A DNA stretch of 63,463 nt, filler included, from Intoshia linei (taxonomy: Eukaryota > Animalia > Orthonectida): NCBI GenBank assembly GCA_001642005.1. It is 9 parts of 9 records of this genome, joined end to end, with 100 filler letters (N's around TTAATTAATTAA, not from the genome) between each part and the next. Parts side by side here need not be neighbours in the genome. Positions count along the whole stretch, not along the records: positions 37,726 to 50,454 come from LWCA01001060.1; positions 50,555 to 56,396 come from LWCA01001736.1; 7 more parts are not named here. One strand, written 5' to 3'. The translations under genes were made by a program, and so were the position numbers. Below the pieces are notes generated by a model. That model was not told the origin of the DNA. It saw only the letters and a program-made list of their open reading frames with translations, and made no database searches. Positions 43,860 to 55,106 of the stretch are shown here, in pieces; position 1 is the first letter of the stretch, and each line of letters begins with the position of its first letter.

Positions 43860-46800
43860 CTACAAATTTCTATAAGCCTTCTTTAAAATTCTAGTTTCCC
43901 AATGTGAATATATTTCATATTCAGGTGAAGAAGAAGCATTATTGAACACTACATATGCCAAATAATACAAAATAAAATTATTAAAAAATTAAACCAAAAT
44001 TTTTTTCAGAATCCAAGCCTAATTTTTTGTTATTGATATCACAAAAATCTAAAATATTAAGTATAAAAAAATGTAAAATGCATTCAATTACAGTATTCTC
44101 TCTATAACTCGCTATTCTTGGGATTCAGAAAAAATAAAACTATAGAAACAATACAATGAAGTTGACGATATTAATCAATAAATAAAAAAAAATGAATAAT
44201 AATTTATTACTATGATACTTTTTTGAAATAGTTACGTATATCAGATTTTCCCCATTTTCTATTAAAAGTTATATGATCATTTAGAGCAGGCAGAATTCGA
44301 GAAATTAAATCGTTTATAAAATTCAAAAAAATTGAGCTAGAAACAAATTTTAAAATATAAACAGTATAACTAAACATAGAGAATAATACTATGAAGTCGG
44401 TACCATGTTTAAAAGCTTAAACGCCAATTTCCGTTAAAATAAAGTTCAATGTTAATTCTGTAATATATACCAGACATTCTCAACCCTTTTTCGCTGTGGA
44501 CCCCCAAAAAAATTAATAATAATTACAAGTTTTAATGAATCATAACATTTGTGTAAAACGAATGATGGCTAAATGATATGCAGTACTCTAGTTTTTCGAG
44601 ATGATAAAGTTGATAAACTATTAATATTAAACAAATTTTTAAATTTTAATACTAACGTTATTATTCAATTTTACAATATATGCAGATAAGCAATCATGTG
44701 AAGAAAAAATGTCGATCCTAATCAATTTTAGTTTATTTGAATTAATTTTTTTCTAAAAATCACTAACAAAGTCAGTTTTATTTGTTTACTTTTTTGAATA
44801 AACAATTTTATTATTTGAAAATATGACTTAATGTACTGAAAATGTCTATAATATGTAATAAATGTGTATATTTTTCATGGACCCCAAAAAAGTGCTGTGG
44901 ACCCCGTTGAGAATGGCTGATTTAGAGATTGTATTAATTTAATATCAATTATATTCCATTCCTCCTTCTCATACACAAATTTTTCTACAGTTTGGAGTGA
45001 ATGTATAAATTCATTTAGAATTGTTTTAATAACCGATGTATCGATAATAATCTTATCATTTTCAAATTGTTCGTCTAAACCAGAGTCTATGTTTAACGTA
45101 GAACATTCACTCATTATTTCATCGTTTTCAGTATATTCAATGTTTATAAATTCTTCCGTGATGGGGTCATGAATATTTAGCGACTTTATATAACATTTGT
45201 AATAAGGTATTTTTTCATAATTTACATGCCCATTTTGATTATTATATAAATGTTTAAAACAATTCAAAATTGTTGATTGTGTTACTTTATTCCAGGATAG
45301 ATCCGCAAATATAATGGTATCTCTTAAGGTTAATTTTTTATAAGCATCATATACAGATTCACCTTTTTCAACCTTATTCAAAATAAATGATAATTTGTAA
45401 TTAAAATATTTTTTTAAACTTTTAAATTTTTGTTTTTATTTAAAATAAATAGCGAGTAAGAAAATTGGCGAGTTATAGATAGAATACTGTACCTGTAAAA
45501 ATCTTTAAAATTTCACGGAAATGTTTGACTTTTAAATTTGCTAAATTGGCAAATTTTTTTTCGTCACGATTAAAGTTGAAATGTCTAAAAAGATGAATAA
45601 TGAAAAATTTATAATAAACGTATACAATGATACAGCATAAATAGCCAAGATTTGAGCAGTTTTGGTATTAATATTGTAATTGCTATCAACCGTGTTGTTT
45701 AAGTTGGAAGATAAATAACTATACAACTTTTAATTTTTGAGATTAGATAAATTATTGTAAATATTAAATTTTTTGATATAAAAATTACAATCTTTACTCA
45801 AAAAATAAACCTTTCATATACAAATTTGGCCGGTTTAATGATTTCTTCATATCCAATCGATACAGCTACAGAATTAATATCAGCAGATTCAATGATAAGT
45901 GAAGGGTTAAAAATGTTCAACTGAGCCAATACACACGCATGTAGTTTTTTGTATTGTGATTTTTCCAATCCACTTTGTTTAGATAAGTTATCCTAGAATA
46001 AAAGAAATATGAAATGCATGTGCAGAATCTCTGGTTAGTATACATATTTTTTGAGTTATTTGTTGTAATCATTTAAGCATACCTTTTTAATGTGTATTTT
46101 TAGTATAGCTGCAGCAATATCGATAAAAACTTGACTAAATGTAAACGGGTTATTTAGTGAAGATGTATTCTTATTCATATATATTCTTAATAGTTCTTGA
46201 GTTTTTCTATAATTTTGTTGATTTACTATGTAAATATAAAGTAGTGATTCCAACTAGAGTGTAGAGTAGGGATTCTCAACCATTTTTGAACCGTTTCCTC
46301 CTAAATAGAAAATTTTTCATTTTTGCAGGATTATCGCCCCTTCCAAAAACATAAAAACGAAAATTATAATATCAATTTAAAAACCGTTTATTCTGAACAT
46401 AAATTGCCTAAAATGGGCGATATCGCTAGTGTCCAGATATACGTATTTTTTTAAGTTAAAAATACATACTAAATACGTACTCGATAATTTCTATGTAAAC
46501 AAAAAAAATTTACTGTATAAATTTGTATAAAGTCGTTTATTTACGCTTTATTTGAAATAAACTTTCTCAATTGTAATTAAATTAAAAGCACACTTTATCA
46601 ATATTTTTCAATTTCAAATTTCAATTTTAAAGTAAAATAAATTTAATTAGTAATTAATAATTATTTCAAAATAGTCAAAAAAATTGTTCTGATTTTTATA
46701 AATGTATACTAAATAACAATGATTTGTGTCTAAAAATTATGTCTAATGATAAATACTAATGTAATATAAATGTATAAATAAATATTAATTTTAACTGAAT

Positions 46801-47282
46801 GTAAATTCCATTTTGACTGAGATTTTAAATTTAATTTCAATGAATATGTCGACACCAATTATTTTAATTTTTTTGGTTTCTAAGTAACTAGAACGTATTT
46901 AGAACGTTAAAAATCTGGCCACTTTAGATATCGCCCCTTTTAGATAGTTTCCGGATCGTAACCATCCGTGACCGTTAGAAATTATCGTGATGTGTTTCCT
47001 TGACTCCAATTTTTTGAATCTTCATTTTTCATAAACTATGACTTATATAGAGTCGCGCTCATTCTTCCATAATTTTTTCTCAAGAAGGATGGAATAAAAT
47101 TTTATCTTCAATTTCAAATACACATTTTTGTACAAAAATGGGCTACCGCCCAGAAGAAAGTCCAAAATAATAATGAAACAATGGTTGGCAACACTGGTAC
47201 AAATAAAAAACCTTTCCAGCGTGCAACTTTCCGATTTAGACAAGTCCATCTTTTCTATTAATGTGGTTACAATATTATACAT
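43860..47282 (-). CDS. ORC6: Origin recognition complex subunit 6 (divergent)
   Basis: Exons 47212-47282, 46083-46206 (RKTQELLR...FIDIAA), 45811-45992 (LSKQSGLEKSQYKK), 45626-45718, 45493-45584, 43995-44048, 43860-43948 (YSHWETRILKKA, matching the Orc6 C-terminal YEEWKRKIL helix); phases consistent. Confidence 0.85.
44091..45489 (-). mobile_element. pogo/Tigger-type DNA transposon (internally deleted) in an ORC6 intron
   Basis: 22-nt TIRs cagtattctctctataactcgc / gcgagttatagatagaatactg (21/22), TA on both sides; transposase C-terminal ORF 44875-45381 (SWNKVTQSTILNCFKH). Confidence 0.9.
44287..44919. mobile_element. hAT element nested in the pogo transposase
   Basis: 8-bp TSD ATTTAGAG at 44279-44286 and 44920-44927; ends caggc / ttgagaatggctg. 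Confidence 0.8.
46408..46942. mobile_element. TIR element in ORC6 intron 1
   Basis: Imperfect inverted repeat ctaaaatgggcgatatc...ccagat / atctgg...gatatcgccccttttag. Confidence 0.55.
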
Positions 47283-47752
47283 TTCAATCGACCGAAATTA
47301 TTTGATTTTATTCAATTTATAAAATTATTGAAATTAATTTTAACTCGGTTTAATTTCAAATGTAAATCAACTTGCACAGATCTTTATTAAAAAAAGTTAT
47401 AGAAACCATGAATGGGTGAATATTTCACTAAGTCTAAGATGATCAGAAAAAAATAGATTCTCTTAATTATAGTTTATTTGGAGTAAATTTTAAGCTAAAA
47501 ATATTTTTGGCGAGGATAAATATGTAATTTTGTAATTTATTATTTTTCTTATGTACAATGTACATTGTACATTACGATTTTGCATAATTTTATATAAAAA
47601 AAATTATGATTCACAATTTATGAATCAATGTTACAATTTCAGTGCATAAAAAATGAATCAAGAGTAACGCTTCTAAAAATATAATAAAGTTGTAATGTAG
47701 GTAACTAATACAATACATTATCGTTGATATACTGACTGATATTATATAAATT

Positions 47753-49297
47753 ATGACTAGCCTTGCTCAACTGCAAAGTTTGATTAAAAAAAATAAAGAT
47801 GCCTATAGAGACGAAGTAAGATTTTAAAAACTTTATTTGTAGAATTATAACATTTTATTCGCGAAAATTTTGATGCTAAAATGAGTTTCGAGTTTTTATG
47901 TATGCCACCGTGAACTTACAAGTAAACGCATTACTTTTGAATATGCAGTTACCATAATTAAGATGCGTACCATTTTAGTTTTGTAAAAGTTATATTTTAC
48001 CCGTCACTGGTCCCTCATCTTAATCAAAATTCACTGTCATTTGTTATCTCTACTTAACAACATTAATTACACATCATTCTTTAAAGTGGAAGCGAGAATA
48101 CTTTGAATTTTTTACAAAAATACATTTTTTAGTTTTACCACCAGGCGAGTACGAGTATAAGTATAATTTCTAACGGTTCCAGAAAAAAATATTAAAAATG
48201 AAATTTTGTGAAATATTTTCGAAAAATGGATCCAAAAGGTACAATTCTGCCATTATTGAGAACCACTGTATTTTGGTTTTCTGCACTTTCTAATAATTTT
48301 TCATAGAAAATGTGTTAAGGCTGTGATAAATTTTTTTACTCTTACAGGGATGTCTACCGGGCCCCCCAAAAAGCGTTTGGCATCAATGCATTACTTCATT
48401 AATGAGAAGTACCAAACTAGCTAACGATGTCAAGGATGGAGGTTTATAGATGTATGCTTTAAATAACTCAAATTAAATTATCTACCTTGCTGGTAAGTTA
48501 AAACATTAAAAAAAGGAGATTAAATTGGTAAAATTTATGACTGAGTAACAGTGCCGAATCTACCATACCGAGACCCCTCTTCGTGACCTCGACGAAATTT
48601 TTGTAAAATGTAGACTGATTTTTCGAAATTAAGCATTAAAAATTTTATTCTTGAATAGCAACTATTTTATGAGTTAAATTTAAAATCAAGAGCATAACAG
48701 AGGTGGTTATCGTATGTGAATTTTTTAGTGCCTATTTTTCATTTTCTAGTCTGATGAAAATGTTTCTCCTAGATGGCCTAGAGCTGGGTAGGTTCAGCTC
48801 TGCTGATCAAGATAAATAATTTTGTCAAAAAAAAATATATGCAAACTATAACAGTTTTCTTATCTCACTTTTCATCCGATTCTTACAGCATAAGGAGTCC
48901 GATAATTAAATGATGATAATTTATCATCCTAAATCAATTTAATTAAAAATGTTTCAATTAAAACTAATGTGAACCTTACAGTCCAAAGTTTTAGAATTTT
49001 TTAATGAAATAACAATCCATGCGTTAAATATGATTCTTAATTTTTAATACTGTTTAGTTTTTATCACAATATCAACATTTCATGTGCTATGTGGACATTT
49101 TTAAATGTTCACCGAAAGAATACAACCAAGGAATGGTCGACGTTCTCATGTTTTTGATCCAGGTTGTCCAGATGTATTATTATAATTTAGATATTTAATA
49201 GGTTGCTAATTTGTACAACAAACTCAACGAAATTATCGATATTATTGTAGACCTTTTTAAAACATTCTCCGTAGAAATGAATCCGGAATTGAGAATT
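47753..49297 (+). CDS. SDAD1: Protein SDA1 homolog (60S ribosome biogenesis), 5' part only
   Basis: Exons 47753-47815 (MTSLAQLQSLIKKNKDAYRDE), 49058-49162 (FLSQYQHF...LMFLIQ), 49202-49297 (...MNPELRI), matching SDA1 LPQLQNLIKRD...EEFLQQY...LDPDLRM. Confidence 0.85.
48549..48802 (+). mobile_element. hAT-like MITE in SDA1 intron 1
   Basis: cagtgccgaatctacc / ggtaggttcagctctg; flanks ctgagtaa / ctgatcaa. Confidence 0.7.
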
Positions 49298-49394
49298 GTA
49301 ATTTTTTATTGCTTTTTAAAATGTATTTAACAAGCTAATTTCTATAAAGTATAGTGTACCTAATTAATTAATTTGATCTAAAAAATTTATATAC

Positions 49395-50454
49395 AGTCAA
49401 CTCTCATAACGAGTTATTAATTAATCAAATGGAAAAAAATTTGATATTTTCAGTTTAAATGAAGTTATCATACATTTTGTTTTAATTTCACAAAATAACC
49501 ATACAAAAACAATGAAAATACAATATAATAATAAAAAAATAAAATAACATCATATAGTTGAATTTCCATTCTTTTTTCTTGATTATGTATATTGGAAATT
49601 TTTACATGCATAACTAACATTTTAACAATTTTTTTATCCTAATACCATTACACAATGAAGCATCCTGAAAGACTACAACTGTGGAATCCGTTACTCATTG
49701 GAGATTTTTTTCATCGTAATTACCAACACTCAATTGCCAATTTTTCCTTTTTGTTGTTTTTGAAACTTCTTACTTGATACACAATTAGTATTTTTAAGTA
49801 TTTATTAAACTGGTTTTGAATATATATGATCACATTGAAAATGACAAAATAGGTTTTGATAATTTTATTTTGCTGGAATTTATGCTATTTATGACAATTT
49901 TTAGGATTGGACTGTTTTTACTTTATATTTAATATTATACAAGTGAAATTCGATAACATGTAATATTTTTATGTGAATAAATTACAAATTACAGAATTTT
50001 ACAATTTATCGAATATTAAATATTCTCTATAACAACTCAAATTGCATTATATAATTGATGAATTCGATAATTTGTAATTACAATTTATGAAATTTTATAA
50101 TTTCTATAACAACTATAATTTTAATAAATTTAAATTCAATATTAATTGGAGATATAGATTTTTCTCCTAACAATTTTTTCCAACTATTTACAATGGTGGA
50201 AGGTTTCACCTTATTCCATGCATTGTTTAGCATAAATATGGCATTTTTTAAAGTGAATTTTTTAAAATTTTCAACAGTGTTTCCGTTTCTATTTATATCC
50301 AGATATAGTTTCCTGCTATATTTTGATTTGATAGAATAAATTACATTTTGGTCCATGGGTTGGATAAGCGACATAGTGTTTGGTGGTAAGAACATCACTT
50401 TTATTAAGCCATCAATAGTCTCTAAGTTGTCGTAGCAAGTATGTGCGGGAGCGT
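49395..50454 (-). mobile_element. pogo/Tigger transposon remnant
   Basis: DDE_1 motifs APAH...FLPPNTMSLIQPMDQNVI...AWNKVKPSTIVNSWKK; pogo-type end ta|cagtcaactctc at 49395; cut by a gap. Confidence 0.85.
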
Positions 50455-50929
50455 NNNNNNNNNNNNNNNNNNNNNNNNNNNNNNNNNNNNNNNNNNNNTT
50501 AATTAATTAANNNNNNNNNNNNNNNNNNNNNNNNNNNNNNNNNNNNNNNNNNNNCTTTAAACGTGATGCGCAACTCATCGGCACAATTTTGCCGAATTTT
50601 AATGCCAATATAATGTTTGTAATACTAATACTAGACTAAATTTTCCTATTTCAAATAAAAATTTTAATTTGTGAAACACCCTACTGAATACACAATTTGA
50701 GCCTTATATTTTGCTATATAGGCGTGTTTTTAAATTTAAATTCTTGATTTTTAAAATATTTATTGTTTTGATATAAATGAATTTGCTTTAGAAATTATTT
50801 GCATTTCAGTTTTATGCAAAAAAATACGGCTCGTAGTGTCTAAGGGTTAATTAACAAAGATTTAGTTAATTTGATTAACATACATTTTATAATTTTATAT
50901 AAATCAATTTAAAAATAAACATGAGCTTG

Positions 50930-52043
50930 TTAATTTAACTCAATTGGTAAATTCGTTGTTAGCAAAGCATCAATTCTGTATATAACTTTGACATTTAATT
51001 GACGTCTAAGACATATTCTTAGTCAACATTGATTTGTGTTTAGTGTAGTATGCAAAATTGTATAATTTATGAACCAAACTTATGATAATTTTGACTGATT
51101 TTGAATTTACATTTTAAAATTTAAATAATAAAATAGTAAAATGCGTTTTTGAACGGGGAGAATTAAGTTTCTGAGGTTGAAATTTGTGATATCAATGATA
51201 ATTTTAAAAACTCGTGGGATTTGTGTTTTTAAAATTCTAGGCCTCTTACTTTTCTAAATAAAAGGTTACAAACAAACAGACATTTATTTTTAGCAATTTT
51301 ACTTTACAATACATGTATGTTTACTATTGTAATATATTGATTATACAATATTTAATATGTATGTCAGTATGGTAAGTAAGGATTGGATTATACATACATA
51401 TACAATTTGTATGTGTGATGGTGAGAACCGAAAATCATTGGGTCACACTAAAAATATATGCTAATAAAATCACTTATCCACACTAAGAATGAAATTTTCA
51501 AAATATTTCTATATTTAGCAATCTCTAATGTTTCTTTGTACATAAAACCTACGTAAAATTGGATTTAAACATTAAAAAATAAGTATAACCATCTTCAGTT
51601 TCGTTAACTTGCATTAAAATTTAATTTAACGTAACGTAAGCCTAAAACGTATAAATGAATATTTTCAAAAATTATCATTGAAATTAAAATTCAATAATTA
51701 ACACTTGTGCAAAATATACAACTACATTATACGGTTTTAATTTGATATACTACATTAATACTGTAATGTTATTAAAAATTAATTTGATTAACATGTTTTA
51801 TTTATATTTATTATAAGACACATTCATATTTATCAATTCAAACGTTACAATCTAAGCCCTAAATTCTAATTCTTACATTATAATATCATTCTTAGTAAGA
51901 ATTTTTTACATACATTACATGTATGTAACGAGGTACCAAAAATAACTGATAATCCTACAATTCTGTAAATTTATTATTAAGCTTTACCTGTAAAAATTTC
52001 TTAATTCCTCAACCTCTAAATTATACATTCCAAAATGTCTCAT
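50930..52043 (-). CDS. Candidate small spliced gene of unknown function
   Basis: Phase-consistent GT-AG exon chain giving ...GFMYKETLEIAKYRNILKISFL-CDPMIFGSHHHTYKL-ICLRRQLNVKVIYRIDALLTTNLPIELN*; no homology established. Confidence 0.3.
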
Positions 52044-52219
52044 AAAAATAAAAATTATTAAAATTTTATCAAATTGAATAATTTTATATTTGTTGATTTT
52101 TCATGACAGTTTTACCTATTTTAAACATAATAATAGATGTATCATTATAGTAACTTGCTTTATTTACACAGATATATTTGATTTATAGATATCATTTTTA
52201 TTCAAGTGGATTTATTAAA

Positions 52220-52784
52220 ATGGTAGTTGATTTTATTTTTTATCCATTAATGAATTTACAAATTAGATTTCTGGATTCAACATATCGGACGAAATATACG
52301 ATATTATCGATGAAATATACAAAAGAAAACAACGTTATGTAATTTTAAAGTTTAATGATGAGTACACAAATCTAGTCGTTGTAAAAAAAGGAGGAAGAGG
52401 TAATTTATCATAACTTTATTTCATTTTAAATAATAGAATCCATTTACAATGAAGTGCACGAATATGTGACGACTGAATGTGCAAAGTCATTTTGTTATGT
52501 ATATTTTGATTTTAATTATAAAACACATGGTGGGCAAGCACGAGACAAGGTTGTATGTTTAAAAATGTAATTTTAATAATATTTCAAAAATTTCTATCCA
52601 TATTTATCATAGGGGCATTCCGGAACAAACACCAATCAAGGAAAAAATGATTTATGCATCGGCTTATAAATCCTTACAGGATTCTACAAAATCCATCATT
52701 AATATTGATTGCACTGACAAGGCTTCTTTTGAATTTAATTACATTGTCAACATTTTGCTCACTAAACATGAAAGCACAAACTAA
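52220..52784 (+). CDS. ADF/cofilin-family actin-depolymerizing protein (divergent)
   Basis: ATG-only first coding exon 52220-52222 (typical of ADF/cofilin genes), then 52267-52399 (ISGFNISDE...RYVILKF), 52437-52566 (CYVIFDFNY...RDKVV), 52613-52784 (PEQTPIKEKMIYAS). Confidence 0.88.
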
Positions 52785-52910
52785 AGTGTGCCTAGATTAA
52801 AATAGCTTATTTTTTTAAAAAAACAAAATCTCGACCTGTTCATTTAAAATAAATCTTTATAATTTATTATTGAAAACATTTTATTTTTACTTATATAAAA
52901 TAACTTAGTT

Positions 52911-53180
52911 TAGATTGACCGCTATGTACTTTGTACCAACAGTACCTAGCTCTGTCGAGGGCACATTGGTTAATAATAAATTAAAAATGATTTTTCACCG
53001 AAAATGGGTTAGATTTCTGCGTTAAAATTATTTATTTATATCAACTGGAATAAGCTGTATCATAATAATCTTTTTTTTGATTGTACGACCGTTAATTAAT
53101 TCAAAATTTTTGTTTCAATTTCAAAATATTGAACAGCCCTAACATACATATTTATCTATTTTACTTTATATAAGTAAGGT
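52911..53180 (-). mobile_element. Short degenerate Helitron copy
   Basis: Family 3' end (tatgtactttgtaccaacagtacctagctctgtcgagggc) and 5' end (tatataagtaagg) in reverse orientation. Confidence 0.55.
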
Positions 53181-53759
53181 ATATAAGTAAGTTATATTCC
53201 AAACATACACTGAATGACTTTAAGATGAATGCTTAAGTTTACTTTATTGTGTAATCAAACAATTCAAATTCACAATATCACTATAAATACATAAATATTG
53301 GTATTTTGTTTATTGATATTTATCAACAATTATATCTCGTTGCATCATGCTCCATGATGCATCGTTTCATTATCGTTATTCATTATATTACAATGGTTAA
53401 ATCTTTTAAATTTAAAACTTTACAAGACAAAATGGATGTAATACACTACATCAATGGAAGATTGGATTTGATTAGTGTAAGCGGTACTAAACTATACAAA
53501 AATGTTGCGGGAAAAGCGCAACATTTCATTGTTCAAAACAATGATTTATTTTTTCAAATTATTCAAAATATTATATTTAAAGTATCCCAAATTAAAAAAA
53601 TAAATAATTAAAAATATACATTTTATGCCTAGTTTTATTTTCTTGTTATATCTATTTTCTCTTAACAAACAATGAAATCAAGTTAACTAGATATCCCTAC
53701 AAACCAACATTAAAATGAACTTAAATAATAATAATAATAAAATGAAAAAATTAACTTAC

Positions 53760-54180
53760 ATTGATGTTCTTTTCAAAAATCCGATTTTACGAAATCTTAT
53801 GAAAAAAAATCACTTTATCCAAACCACAAATAAAAAGTCTAATTTTCCAGCCCTTAAAGAAAAAATATCCTTTTTCCAATACAATTTTTAAAAACCTCTT
53901 ATGCCCACCCCAAATTACTAACTCTTGAAAAAATTATTCTGTTTTTCCAATATTATTTTGAAAAATCTTATGAGTTGTTACAAACTGGAACGCGATCATC
54001 AAGATTGTTAAAATTAAAGGAAACCCTTATGACCGTTCAACCTACGTCGACTGAAGCTCTGAGTGAATAGACAATATACGTTTGAAAATTCTCGATATAA
54101 TCGATGGATACGGTACATTTGATTAATTAAATACATTTTTAGATAAGCGAAATCTTTGGATCTTTTACTTTTTGTATACT
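53760..54180 (+). pseudogene. hAT remnant (subterminal ~29-nt repeats plus a dimerization-domain fragment)
   Basis: Degenerate aaaaatcc...ttttcca units, then RSSRLLKLKETLMTVQPTSTEA, resembling the hAT C-terminal PxTSxxxERxFS motif. Confidence 0.45.
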
Positions 54181-54634
54181 ATATTTAGGTATGGCGACAA
54201 AGAGATTTGATAAGATAGAATGATCATACCACTCATTACTGTACTAATAACAATAAATTCAATAGTTATGAAATAAAGTTATATTCATCTTAAATTCATT
54301 CAGTGTACTTTTGGTTTAGTGTAGTTTTCGCATGCCACAATAATTATATAAAAATTTTAGAGTTTTAGAAACGTTAATTTGTAATATAGTTTTTAGAGGG
54401 TTAAGGTTAACCGCAAACTTCATTTTCAGAAATGGAATCCTTCAGAATCAATAATCCCAATAATCCTTTTTTTAAATCAAACGAATCTTAGAATTTAAAA
54501 AAATAAAAAAATTATACACTCTGATACAGATTTTAAAATGATGATCAATTTAAAATCAGTATATCTTCTCGGTAAAAACGACAAATTTCCCTTTTTGTTA
54601 ATTAATTAAAAAAGTTCTCTAATAATATTATAAT

Positions 54635-55106
54635 GAGTGGCGACTCTCCAACTCGATCTACTTGGGCAAAGCCTGAGTTGATATTTTTATATTTTTTAAA
54701 AAAAAAAAATATTAATCTAAAATTCTAAAATAGTCTAAAATTCAAAAAATATTATTCACTTGACTATCACTTGTAACCGAAATATTTGCATGAATTTTTA
54801 TATTGAATCAATTTAAATACACATAACTCGGGCAGATTTTTATTTGACTAGTAATAAATTTATAAAGCGGTTACATCTAAAATTTTATGAGAAATTATTT
54901 ATATCTTAGTTATGTCAATTTTAAATATCGTTACAAAAAATTTAAATCTTCATTTTCTATTTATAATTTTCAGATTTAGTTTATAATTTCTATTTATTTA
55001 TAAATTTTTTTTGATATTTATTATTTTCAAATATAATTTAAAAAAAATGTGCGGTTGTCATTAAAATTTTAGCCCGAGTGATCTCGATTAGCCAAAGTCG
55101 CCACTA
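54635..55106. mobile_element. hAT MITE with perfect 8-bp TSD
   Basis: TIRs gagtggcgact / agtcgccacta; ATTATAAT on both sides. Confidence 0.8.
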
